In this document: positions 43,296 to 55,006 of the stretch, in pieces
Position numbering within the stretch: position 1 is the first letter of the stretch
How the letters are laid out: every line of letters begins with the position of its first letter
NCBI GenBank assembly: GCA_946965045.2
Contig: OX337237.1
Coordinates: 3,348,001-3,412,000, forward strand
Length of the DNA stretch: 64,000 nt
From: Epithemia pelagica
Lineage: Eukaryota > Protista > Bacillariophyta
Direction of reading: 5' to 3'
Notes under the pieces: generated by a model
Database searches by the model: none
Told to the model about the DNA's origin: nothing
What the model saw: only the letters and a program-made list of their open reading frames with translations
Translations under genes and position numbers: made by a program

Positions 43296-44233
43296 ATGTT
43301 GGTGACACAACGAACATTCATCAACTTGGCTCTGCCAATGCTTGGTAGAGCAAGACACTCACACTCACTTGATTTCTCACGTGCTTTTCGTTCTTACTTT
43401 GGAATGTCTCCTTTGCTCTGTGTTCATGTGTGGGATGAACTGGACAGTTCATTGCCCAAAGGTGCATCGCCTCGTCATTTGTTGTGGACACTGGCTTTTC
43501 TGAAAGTCTATGCTACAGAGGATGTTATGGTCTCAATAGCCAAAACAACGAGGAAGACCTACAGGAAGTGGGTCAAAGTGTTTGTAAATTTGTTGTATAG
43601 TGGTCTTAATTATGTAAGTACATGGCCCTACATGAATTTGCCATGAAGTCGTCGTCCTCATATCTGACCATTGCTGTTGTTCTTATTCAGATTGTATGGG
43701 ACAATAGGTTTGATTGTTGTGTACCTGGACAGGTCTGTTTCATTAGTTTGGATGGTACTGACTTCAGGATTTTGGAGCCGTCACCTTTTGATCCAAAATG
43801 GTACTCGCACAAGTTTAAGGGAGCAGGTGTGAGGTATGAGGTGGGAATCTGCCTGAAAACTGGCTGGATAGTGTGATGGAATGGTGCATTCCCTTGTGGC
43901 GCTTGGCCAGACCTACGGATTGCCAGAGACTGGATTGTTCAAGAGCTACTACCGAATGAAAAAGTGATTGCTGATGGTGGTTACAACGATTCTGGATGCT
44001 ACTTTGTCACACCTACTGGAAGAAATGACTATCAAGACAAGATGATGGCTGATGCCAGGGCGAGACATGAAACTGTCAACAATTTACTGAAACATTACAA
44101 TATCTTAAAGGAGAAATACAGAGGAGATCTGGATGGGCATCACAAGGTGTTTGGAGCAGTGGTGAATCTGGTTCAGATGAAGATTGAAAATGGTGAGGCG
44201 AAAGTGTTTCAGATCGAAGTGGAAGATGACTAG
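43296..44233 (+). pseudogene. DDE_Tnp_4-type (Harbinger/ISL2EU) transposase; intron 43614-43690; nonsense TGA at 43874-43876
   Basis: FRSYFGMSP, HLLWTLAFLKVY, ISLDGTDFRI.EP..F.PKWYSHKF....RYEVG, FPCGAWPDL, IADGGY, RARHETVN. GTAAGT/CAG intron. IV*WNG indicates TGG>TGA. Confidence 0.88.
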
Positions 44234-45703
44234 CAGTACAAATATGTAGCGGTTATGAACCGGGTGGTGGGTTTTATTAGTACTAGCAGTCAGTATATCA
44301 TCTTTTGTCGCTAGAGTGTTCTTTATTCAGAAAGAGCGTTCGGTAACTCCTATAGGTCACAGTCAGTATCTGACTGGTAAGGTAGCGACCTGCTCAGGAT
44401 TACCCCATCTCCCAGGAATGGCTCGTGGGCACGCCGACCGAGACGAGCATTGTCACTCTATCGTATATCCAATTCGAATCGACAGAGGCTCTCGTCGCCA
44501 AAAGACGACCACTCTAATAGAATCTACTGCTACACTCGATGGGAAACCATGGAATTGCAACTTTTGAGACTCTGGTAGTGACGAGGCATCTACTTGTCTT
44601 CTTCCTTTTCTTGGTGATAGACTACGAGAGTATATTCAAGAGTATCAACGAGATTGTCACAAAGATTGGCTGGAAGGAAAAAACGAGAAGGCGCTTCGAC
44701 AACGACCATTCCACAACAGAGGCACCGAGATGGTCGACGGCCGCATGGTACTAGAATGACTCCCCCAAAGCCACATGGTGGCCACCTTTTCGTGGGACCC
44801 ACCAACACATTGATGTTCTGCTACTAGAGGGGATTGGAAACAACAGACAATGAGCGCATCCTGCCATTCTTGTTATACGACTCGAGAGGATAACGGAGGA
44901 GCACATTCCAATCGATATACTGCTACTTCCCATGGGCGCTTGGCAAAGCTCGAACAATGGCGGAAACTAGAGACGACGGAATGACGAACATGTCCGCAAT
45001 CAATGCAGCCGCAGTAATGGGTGTAGCAGCGGCAGCACCGAAGATGCAGAAACGTTGCGATGTGTCATTCCTCATCCACAAAACTTCCCCTATAAGCTTG
45101 CTCCTACGGCTAAAAAGCTTCGAGATGGTCTGCCCAAGCCCGTGGGCAATCATGGTTTGCAATAAGACTCTCGATCGACTAAGTGGTCCCAGCAGTTGGT
45201 CGTCTTCCCCACAACATCCTAACATTCATCCTCAGAGTGAGGGAAGATCCGCAATGAGGGGTACATGGAATCTCTTGTTTCGTGTAATGCACATCACCAT
45301 CTCATGTGTGTGGTTGTCGAAAGCAAAGGCTCGGATTGCAAGGAGATCCTCTTGTCATGAGCTCCCACGAAGAACCTATGGATACAACACAGGGAAAGAG
45401 AGAAATAGATGGAAACCATACATATCAGTGGTTGTCTTTCTCGCCATGAGGATTATTTCGATATCCAAAAACTCTCATGGAACTCCAAACAAGAATGCGT
45501 GATCTTCTTCATTGCGTGGCTATTGTCACGATTTGATGTCTCGTGACGAAAGCTCCTACCCCTCTTTGGTCCATCCATTTCGTGCAGTCAGTCGTGCTTC
45601 CAGTCCGCACCCATCAGCATCACAACAGCAGAGCAAAACCACTAACCACTTAGCATACAGTGTCTCGATCCCCATAAATTCTGCAGTGGAAACGTTTGCA
45701 ACC

Positions 45704-47326
45704 ATGGCCACCACACTGCAAGAACAAGCGTGGCAGTCGGGCCTTGTCCTTTCGGATGAGGCACCTCAATGGAATGAAAATGATTGGCCTCCTCTCGAGG
45801 GTGGATGGCGCGACGAACATGCTACAGTCGTACTAGATCATCCCGATACGGACAACGACAACGACAACAAGAGACAAACCGTCGTCGTGTTGGGTGGATA
45901 CCAAGCAGGTCAGGGCAGTCTCGATTCCATTCTTGTATTGAACGTGGCAGCGCCGGACAAGCACTGGCGAGAAGGGCCATCAATGAACAAGAGTCGTCGA
46001 GGACATGCCGCTGTTGGGTGCAACGGAGGCGTCTACGTGATAGGAGGAAACAATGGAAGATCATATTTAGATTGTATCGAACGAATTGACATAAAGAATT
46101 TGCTGCATTCACCTTTAACAACAAGCAACAAACATGAGAGGCATTGGACGAGATTGACATGTCGCTTATCAACGAGACGATCAGGATGTTGTGCTGTTGC
46201 GGTTCACAACCGATACATTGTTGTAATGGGTGGATGGGATGGAAGGCAAAGGTTGTCGTCAGTGGATATTATTGATACCAGGAACCACACCGTCACTGTG
46301 GGACCAAGCATGACTGTTCCACGACGATTTTGTACCAGCGCGGTTATTGGTCACCGCATCTTTGACGTTGGAGGCCATGGCGAGCATGGCAATGTTGACT
46401 CGGTGGAGTAGTAAGACTACTTCACGGTGTTTCAGTCCTTTAGAGGAGGGTCGCCCGGCGCGGAGGGTAGAATGACGAGGAGGGCATATGTTCGAGGAGG
46501 GCGCATGCCCGACAAGACATATGCCCGTCGAGTCATTCTCCCGACAAGCCGGGCGCCCGACGAGGAAGGAGTGAGAAAACACAGGGGAGTAATCTGCTTA
46601 CTTTATATCTAGATGTGTAGGTAGTGACTACCGCCCGGTTTTATTACGAGTTGGGATGTCGCAACGACATAATTTTCCTCACACGGTTCACCCATGATGT
46701 CGCGCGAATCGCACGATTACTACTTCCCGGCTCTACAATAAAATTCTACTGTAAAATAAAAATGTGAGACGAACTACCTGCATATCTAGGTATAGAGTTA
46801 CTTGGACTATACAACACCCTGGGACAATCATGAGACAAAGGAGCAAACTGGCTCGATATTCATTTCTTTCTCACCCACCTGGACCACTCAGTCGGAGTTG
46901 AGGCTTTCCAATGCACGAAGTTCTTGTGCAGTGGTTGCCGTGGGATCTTGTTTGGTTGTGGCGGGAGGATGGGGTTCAACCGTGGAAGTCTTGGATATTC
47001 ACCGCAACCGCATGTGGAATCTCCCACCATTCGTGAATCACCGCAATTGCTGCAGTATGGTGGCTGTTGCAAATCAAGTTGCCGTGATTGGTGGATGGGA
47101 CAATCCTTCCCGTGCGACATTACCACTTCTGGATAGGAATTCGTGGTGTTTTCGTCGACTCTGTGAGCAGCAGCCCAATCGATGGTATCATTCCCTCGAA
47201 AGTTTGGGTATCCGAGATGATGATATCTCACCCTTCTCCACATCGACATTAGCTTGTAAACGCGCAAGGTCCGATACTCACCGTGGTGATGAAGGGACGG
47301 ATGAAAACCTAGACGTTTTGTTATAA
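45704..47326 (+). pseudogene. Kelch copy K3, split by a ~390-bp insertion
   Basis: Blades 1-4 in 45704-46410, blades 5-6 and tail resume at 46801 (LDYTTPWD...). The junction creates a TAG stop. Confidence 0.85.
46411..46800. mobile_element. ~390-bp non-coding insertion with internal foldback; possible TA target duplication
   Basis: Absent from all other kelch copies at the SVE-Y-LD position. Internal inverted repeats CGCCCGGC/GCCGGGCG and AGAATGAC..GGGCATATGT / ACATATGCCC..GTCATTCT. No terminal inverted repeats seen. Confidence 0.6.
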
Positions 47327-48727
47327 GTCATTGACTTGTTTTCTATGTTCGATTGCAATCCTAGAACCTAGTTAGTGTTTACTCAAAAGTAGAAAGAACA
47401 TGTTGCAAGATAGAATGTGCTTGTTTGTTGTCAAAGGCATGGAAGGAACGATCCGACTTGTGTGTGTCTACGAGTGGTACTACGCCTTGGCCATGACCTT
47501 GTGGTGGTATCATGGCACTTCTTTACACGGCACAACGTCATCTATGGGTAGCTGTGGTAGCTAGGGCAAGAACCGACTGTGCTGTATTCCAAAAAGTTCT
47601 CAAATTGGCTTTGTTTCAATTTTCTAGAGTTTGATGAATCTGACAAAAGGACGAAACAGGTGGATCCAAAAGTCCGATGATGAGAGGATCAGGAGCAGAA
47701 GCACGACAAGGCAAAACTTTGTTGGACTGGATGAGGCCCGCTTCTGATGGTTCGATTTTTGGATGGAAGTAAGGAGGGAGGACCGTGTCATGTCCAATCC
47801 CGACACGATAACCAAGAACAGTGTCCCTTTCGGAGGAGTCACCATGCGACCGAATGTGTTCGATTCTTCAGCATCAAGTTTCCTGCTTCCATGGTGGATC
47901 GGCGGAACCCTACGTCCAGAGACGTATACCGCAACCCTTTTTGCAAGACCCTCTTGGCTACGATCGAACAGCCCACGTTGTCTCCTGCGAATGGAATTTC
48001 GTCTCGTCAGGAGGACAGTTGCAACAAGGACAGTGAAGTCCAAGAGGAACCCACCAAATCGGATCGGTCGTGCCAAGTGTCACAATGGACCAGCACGACA
48101 ACAAGGAATCCAGCCTTGTCGTTGACACACCACAACCTCCCGAACTACCAACGCAGCAACAAAGAAGAAGGCCCTCATTGTTCTTCCTCCAAATGAACGA
48201 AACTGATGGTATCATTGTCGTGGAACCAACTGTGTTGAACTCCGTCTTGGAAGTTGGACTTTGTGGGCACTTTCGTGCCATGGACGACGACGAGTCAGGA
48301 AACATCCACCACCACTATGACACGGAATGGATTCAAATCCCTTGCAGAGACCACGTTGTGTTGGTATTGTTGTTGCTCCTGCCGTCCTTCATTCTCTCTT
48401 TCGAAGAGAACAGCACCACTCCCATAGCTCGAATTCGGTACACTTAGTCAACGAAGAAAATATGATGATCATGCGCCGTCTTGTCCATCTTTCTTGTTTT
48501 GCTGGATCTATGAATTCGAATCTGCTGTTTTGTTCTGTCATGCATTATATGTGCGACCCACTCTTGCCCAAGATTGCGTACCCACGACAGACATTCTGGC
48601 TCAAATGCTTCCACGCGTAGTTCAGAAAATTTTGAGTTGATGTTCCATCAGTCCGCATCCATCAGCATCAAAAAACTGATGCCTTTCGATCATCCTCATA
48701 AATTCGCTGCTGTCATTGTGTGGAACC

Positions 48728-49822
48728 ATGACCACGGCACTGAAAGAACATGCATGGCAGTCGGGCCTTGTCCTTTCAGACGGGACAGCAGAATGGAATG
48801 AGAACAACTGGCCTCCTCTTATGGGTGGATGGCGTTATCGTCATGCTACGGTTGTACTAAATCATCCCGATACGGACGGCAACGACAACAACCCGAACAG
48901 ACAAACCGTCGTCGTGATGGGAGGACGTCAACAAGATCAAGGCTATACCAAGTCCGTGCTTGTATTGAATTTAGCAGACCCAAACAAACAGTGGCGAGAA
49001 GGGCCATCCATGAACAAGGCACGTTATGGACATGCAAGTGTTGTGTGCAATGGAGGTGTCTACGTGATGGGAGGATACTCTGAAGGTTCATGTTTGAATT
49101 GTATCGAACGAATTGACGTAAACGATTTGCTGCAATCACCTTTAACAACCAGCAACAAACATGACAGGCATTGGACGACATTGACATGTCGCTTATCAAC
49201 GAGACGATCAGGATGTGGTGCTGTTGCGGTTCACAACCGATACATTGTTGTAATGGGTGGCTACAACGATCGCTTTTTGTCGTCGGTGGATATTATTGAT
49301 ACCAGGAACCACACTGTCACTCCGGGGCCAAGCATGGCTGTTCCTCGATCATTTTGTGCCAGTGCGGTCATTGGACACCGCATCTTTGTCGTTGCAGGCC
49401 AAAACGAGAGTGACTATCTTGACTCGGTGGAGTATTTGGACTACGCAACACCCTGTGACAATGATGAGACAGAAAAGGAAACTGGCTCGACGTTCATTTC
49501 TTTCTCACCCACCTGGATCACTCATTCTGATTTGGCGCTTTCCAATGCACGAGGTTCTTGTGCAATGGTTGCCGTGGGATCCTGTCTGGTTGTGGCGGGA
49601 GGATGGCACAGTTCAAACGTGGAAGTCTTGGATACGCACCACAACCGCGTGTGGAATCTCCCACCATTCGGAATTAACCGTGACGACCTTAGTATAGTGT
49701 CTGTTGCCAACCAGGTAGCCGCGATTGGTGGATGGGAGAATCATTCCTGTGCAACATTGCCACTCATGGATAGGAATTCGTGGTGTTTTCGTCGACTCTG
49801 TGAGCAGCAGCTCAACGGATAG
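48728..49822 (+). CDS. Kelch copy K4 (364 aa)
   Basis: Intact six-blade ORF; ends LCEQQLNG* (TGG>TAG relative to siblings). Confidence 0.9.
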   Translation: MTTALKEHAWQSGLVLSDGTAEWNENNWPPLMGGWRYRHATVVLNHPDTDGNDNNPNRQTVVVMGGRQQDQGYTKSVLVLNLADPNKQWREGPSMNKARYGHASVVCNGGVYVMGGYSEGSCLNCIERIDVNDLLQSPLTTSNKHDRHWTTLTCRLSTRRSGCGAVAVHNRYIVVMGGYNDRFLSSVDIIDTRNHTVTPGPSMAVPRSFCASAVIGHRIFVVAGQNESDYLDSVEYLDYATPCDNDETEKETGSTFISFSPTWITHSDLALSNARGSCAMVAVGSCLVVAGGWHSSNVEVLDTHHNRVWNLPPFGINRDDLSIVSVANQVAAIGGWENHSCATLPLMDRNSWCFRRLCEQQLNG

Positions 49823-49930
49823 TATCGTTTTCGGGATGGAATGGATATCGGACATGCTCATATTTCACCCTTCTGTTTTCGTCGACTCTGTGAGCAGCAG
49901 CTCAACGGATTGTATCATTTTCGGGATGGA
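49784..49930 (+). repeat. 90-bp-period tandem duplication at the K4 3' end, shared with K6 (58293-58420)
   Basis: TGTTTTCGTCGACTCTGTGAGCAGCAG at 49784 and 49874, and at 58293 and 58383. Confidence 0.9.
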
Positions 49931-52900
49931 ATGCACCCTTCTCCTTCTCGACATCGGCTCGTAAACGAGCAAGGCCCGATACACGCCATGGTGATGAAGG
50001 CAGGGATGAAACTTGAAGTGGGCATCACGTTGCATTATTATCCTACAATGGTGAAACTATCAAATAATCATTTGATCTCAAACAGTTTTCTTATTATCTG
50101 ATACCTGTGGAATTATCATGTGAGTCCTTATAGTAGAAATGGCATGTACGGGAAAACTTCACTGTTCCAAAACGACAAAACAATGTCATGGATTCTGCAG
50201 AGTTTTGCTCTGTGTTGAGTACTATTCTTGTCGTATTGTTGAGTACTTTGGCAGTCCCTGCGGTGTTTCTCCGTGGCAAGTAATACTCCCTTGCACCACC
50301 CGTTTCCATCCTTGGAATGCATAGTTTCCCTTTCATAACAGGGAGTGACTGTGGAGACAGACAGAGGCGCGCTATCGGAGCTTCCTGATCTAACCAAGCA
50401 TCAATGACGGTGAGCGTTTGCTGTGGCTACGGTTGATTGTTTTCTTGCCTTGAGAAAGTGGTGGCCGGAACCGAGGTCGATGGTTCGGACGTCAATGGCA
50501 AAAAGGGTTTTGGGTAAGTACACGTCTGGGAGACCATGTTGTGTGGGACTGTCTGAACAACAAGTATGTCCCCGAGCGAGTGGAATTCAACACCAAGACC
50601 AAGAAATGGACATGTGCACCATGGCCAAATCGGACGTAAGGTCATCGAGACGTTTCACCTTGAGCATGACAAACTCAAAAGGATAGGTGATGATTGTCAG
50701 TTAGAACCCAAAAACGCGCGGCGGAACCTGACCAACTAGACTACCAAATGTGAGATATTGTCCATCTTGCTTCTGTGCGGGTAAACAGAGCGGTGTAGCA
50801 TCCCAATTCCCGAGTGGCGCAAAGTCTTCAATGGCATTCAATCCTGCCGTCTTTTTCAATCAATGCGCGGCGACTATATAGCATACTCTCCAGGGTTTGG
50901 AAGTCGCTGCTGTCGAATCCTTTCCATAATCGCACAAGAGCGTGTGGAAGCGGCGAGCACGATATGTTTCCAAACGTTCAGCATCGTCTTGGAAGATGAT
51001 CAATGGTTGAAAAAGATACCGACACAGAAGAACCAAGGTCACACCCGTCCAACGAGCAAGGGTAGCTTGAGAGGTCACTATTACATTACCGCTCCGACCT
51101 CACTGAAAGGAAATTCGTGCCTTTGTCCGCTCTTGTACACAACGTCTTGTTGTGGTTGTTCTTCCTCATGGTTGTCCCACAAAGATCGAATGCTGACACC
51201 CGGACGAATACTGGTGGGAGGTGGACAGTGTGGAGCGACACACGAGATCAAAACAATTGAATTGATCAGCGTTCGAACGAATCGGTGCCGTGGTCTGCAA
51301 GCCTGAATGACGGATGCGAAAGGCATGGAATTGTTCTGTAGGGGAATTGTCAGTGGTGGCCAGTACACAGGTGGAGGCCAAAAGCCACCAGAACAAGAAC
51401 GACCAGAACAACGAGTTGCACCAAAGCCCACGAATCGGACAATGCTTCATCACCACCATCATCCTGCTTTCCCTGTTTCTTGGTTCGAACGAGACTGCGA
51501 CAACCCCACAGTCAATTCGAAACAACAACCACAAGACAATGATGATAATGACGACGACGCCAGACAGTGCTGTTTGGCTGCATCAATTTGTTCCATTTCA
51601 TTCCAGTGTTTTTGTTTGGTTTCGTGGTGAGCCCAACGAGAAACGAGAAATGCGTCACATCCTCCCCAACGTTTGCTAGTGTCCTCACAATTGCCTATTT
51701 AATGTCTGGTTGGGAATGGACTGAGCTTTCATGTTCGTGGCTGTGGCCGATTCGGAAGCGAAAGGAGCCTCTAGCTAGAGTTGCTAGGTACTCCTCATGC
51801 TAGATCTAGTGAACAGTGGGCCAGAGTAGGTAGTCGCGATTGGCATCTTCGTATGTACCGCCCAAAGGACTCCTACAAGTATATTCGGGATGTAGGCAAC
51901 CCGCAACCTCCCACCACAGGGTCGGGTCGACTCGCCCGGATGCGCATATGCTGGAACCACACAAGACGAAGGAACGTGTCGGTCGCGTTCTTGTGGGCCA
52001 GAATGGACAGCAGTGTGGGCGACAACCAGGAAGGTACTACTTGCCACCCGACCTGTTTCAAGCAGTTGTTGTGACACTGTACATTGTCGAACGTGTGTAT
52101 TGTATGCTTGTGTGTTGGAGTTCCGGACCAACACTTTTTGTGCGCAGGAGGAGTATTCGACGGGCAAGATGTGGCATCCCTCTAGTATTTTAGTGGCTGT
52201 CCCTGGACAGCCTGAAACCAACAATCGCTCCACATGTGGCGCAAAAATAGCCCCAGCATCGTCGTCCCATCCCAACCACACCAGGAACCCATGTCCTTGA
52301 CACTCTGGATCGTCCACTCGCACTACCAACGGTTGAAACTCCCACTCGCACTACCAACGGTTGAAAATCTTCTCAAGACGCGTTTGTTTGCGGTCCTCCC
52401 AGAGATGTAGTCTCCCACGGTTGCCGCCAATCGGGATAGATGCGGTGCGCAAGAGTCGTCGACACTCTTGTCCCACCAATAAGAGTAGTAGTCTCGCAAG
52501 GCTCGTTTCACAGACCAAGCTCGTTCGGGTGGTGGTTGGCGCATACACAAATCACAAATCCGTGGGTACCGAAAATATCCCAAAGACATTAGCTTTCCGC
52601 ACGTATAGGAGGAGCCTGTTTCAAGAAATGATACCAAATGGTCTTGTTGAAGTCATGAATTGTATCACTCTCCGTTTGTCGAATTCCAATTCCTGATTGT
52701 GTGGATTGGAGGATCCCATGAGTTTGGGAGGAGGCGTAATGATGGATTCCACCATTAGGGATGACAGATACTCGTCACGTGACACTGTGTCATGAGACAC
52801 CAAGCTTCCATGGCTTGTATGGGTAAGCCGACTACCAAAGGAGAACGAGTAGTGGTAGTTGGTGATAAGGAGGATGTTTTTGTTGTTGCCGAATAGGAAA

Positions 52901-53689
52901 TAGAGGTGGTTGCCCTTTTGTCGTGCGTCAATCAGGATCTCCGTCTTTTTGCTGCTCATAGACGACCGGAAACAAGACGAGCAAACGGAGAAGGATAACC
53001 ACGCGAACGTTTCATGACACGGAATGGATTCGAATCCCTTGCAGAGACCACGTGATGTTGGTAGTGTTGTTGCTGCTGTCTCCTTTGTTCTCTCTTTCTT
53101 TGAGAGCTCTATTAATAGGAGAGGTTGGTAGTTAGTTGGTAGAGAGTCCATTTGTTTGAAACAGTGGCCGACACCCCCTCTGTTTTTCTGTGTGGCCCAA
53201 CAAAAGTGACATTTTTCAATTGTCAAGATTGTGAATGTATCAGGCGGTCGTCCGGGCTACACGGTTCCTTTTGGCACAAAACTCTTGAAGTGATACCACC
53301 ACCAACCACGTTCTGAGAATGATACTGCAAGCTGGTCACATTGCCAAAAGCATCATCGTGCCATCTCGATTCCAAATGTTGTAATCGCTTGAAGGTCAGC
53401 CTGCGCTCCAAGCCGCGGTTGACTGCTGTGCCGCAATTCTAACCGATGGCGAAATTCGTCAACGGGCCGGGTCCCCTTGACAAGCGCGGCTGTCATCAAG
53501 GCTAGAGCTCCATTCACAAAAGAGAACTGCACCACTCCCATAGCTCGAATTGCGCCACCTTGTCCATCTTTCTGTTGTGTTGTTGGATCTCAGATCGAAT
53601 CTTATTTTTTGCCAAAAGATCCTGTGGCTGTGGTGCTGTCATGCATACTATGTGCGACTCGATACATACGACAGACACTCTATCTCAAC

Positions 53690-53815
53690 TGCTTCCACGC
53701 GTAGCTCTGAAAATTTGGGTCGTACCATCTTTCCGCACCCATCAGCATATCTCAAAATTGCCTTTGGATGATCTGTGCTATCTTCATAAATTCGCTGCAG
53801 TCATTGTGTGAAACC
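53690..53815 (+). promoter_or_regulatory. Conserved upstream elements of the kelch genes (example: K5)
   Basis: CTTCCACG(C/T)GT at ~23664, 48608, 53693, 57005. CATAAAT(T/G)(CG)CTGC within ~40 nt of the ATG at ~32492, 45673, 48698, 53785, 57221, 63928. Confidence 0.45.
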
Positions 53816-55006
53816 ATGACAACGACACATAAAGAACAAGCATGGCAGTCGGGCCTTGTCCTTTTGGAAGAGACACCTGAATGGAATTTCGAGGACTGGC
53901 CTCCTCTTGAGGGTGGATGGCGTGTAGAGCATACTTCAGTCGTACTGAATCATCCCAATAACAACAAGGAACAAACCGTCGTCGTGTTGGGCGGATATCG
54001 AACAGGTCACGGCGAGGTCAATTCCATTCTTGTATTAAATATGGCAGACCCAGACAAGCAGTGGCGAGAAGTTCCGCCAATGAACAAGAAACGTTGTGGA
54101 CATGCCGCTGCTGTGTGCAATGGCGGCGTCTACGTAATGGGAGGACGTCATCGAAATTCAATTTGGGATTGTATCGAAAGAATCGATTCCAATGATTTGC
54201 TACAATCATCCCCAACAACAACCACCACGCATGAGAGTCATTGGACGACATTAACATGTCGATTATCAACCGGACGACCAGGATGTTGTGCTGTTGCGGT
54301 TCACAACCGATACATCGTTGTAATGGGCGGCTACAACGATGATTATTTGTCGTCGGTGGACATTATTGATACAAGGAACCACACTGTCACTGCGGGACCA
54401 TCCATGAACATTCCTCGATTTGAATGTGCCAGTGCGGTCATTGGTCACCGCATCTTTGTCGTTGGAGGTCGTAACAAGCATGGCAATCTTGACTCGGTGG
54501 AGTATTTGGACTTTGCAGAGGAGAGAAAAGACGGAACTTTGTCTACAGCTATTTGCTTCTCGTCCAGTTGGATCACTCATTCTGAGTTGGTGCTTTCCAA
54601 TGTACGAAGTTCTTGTGCAGTGGTTGCCGCGGGATCCTGTCTTGTTGTGGCTGAAGTAGGATGGGACAATTCAACCGTGGAAGTGTTGGATACGCACCGC
54701 AACCGCGTTTGGAATCTCCCACCACTCGGATATCACTGCGTTGACTGTAGTATGGTGACTGTTGCCAATCAAGTTGCCGTGATTGGTGGTGGATTCAATC
54801 CTACCTGTGCGACATTGTTACTACTGGACAAGAATTCATGGTGTTTTCGACAACTCTGTGAGCATCAATTGAATGGATGGCATCATTCTCTTGAAGGTGC
54901 GGATATCCGAGATGAAGATATCTCACCATTCTTCACATCGACATCAACTCGTTTAACGTCAGCGTCCAGTACCCACCGTGGTGATGAAGGGAAGGATGAA
55001 GCCTAG
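53816..55006 (+). CDS. Kelch copy K5 (396 aa, long C-terminal tail)
   Basis: Intact six-blade ORF with tail WHHSLEGADIRDEDISPF...DEGKDEA. Confidence 0.9.
   Translation: MTTTHKEQAWQSGLVLLEETPEWNFEDWPPLEGGWRVEHTSVVLNHPNNNKEQTVVVLGGYRTGHGEVNSILVLNMADPDKQWREVPPMNKKRCGHAAAVCNGGVYVMGGRHRNSIWDCIERIDSNDLLQSSPTTTTTHESHWTTLTCRLSTGRPGCCAVAVHNRYIVVMGGYNDDYLSSVDIIDTRNHTVTAGPSMNIPRFECASAVIGHRIFVVGGRNKHGNLDSVEYLDFAEERKDGTLSTAICFSSSWITHSELVLSNVRSSCAVVAAGSCLVVAEVGWDNSTVEVLDTHRNRVWNLPPLGYHCVDCSMVTVANQVAVIGGGFNPTCATLLLLDKNSWCFRQLCEHQLNGWHHSLEGADIRDEDISPFFTSTSTRLTSASSTHRGDEGKDEA

Larger units (their letters stand above)
41243..44415. mobile_element. PIF/Harbinger-ISL2EU (PHIS)-type DNA transposon, decayed, with divergent transposase and accessory gene
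   Basis: 32-bp TIRs with 30/32 identity (41243-41274; 44384-44415: CTGGGAG.TGGGGTAATCCTGAGCAG.TCGCT); weaker similarity extends ~90 bp inward. TSD not resolved. Confidence 0.8.
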
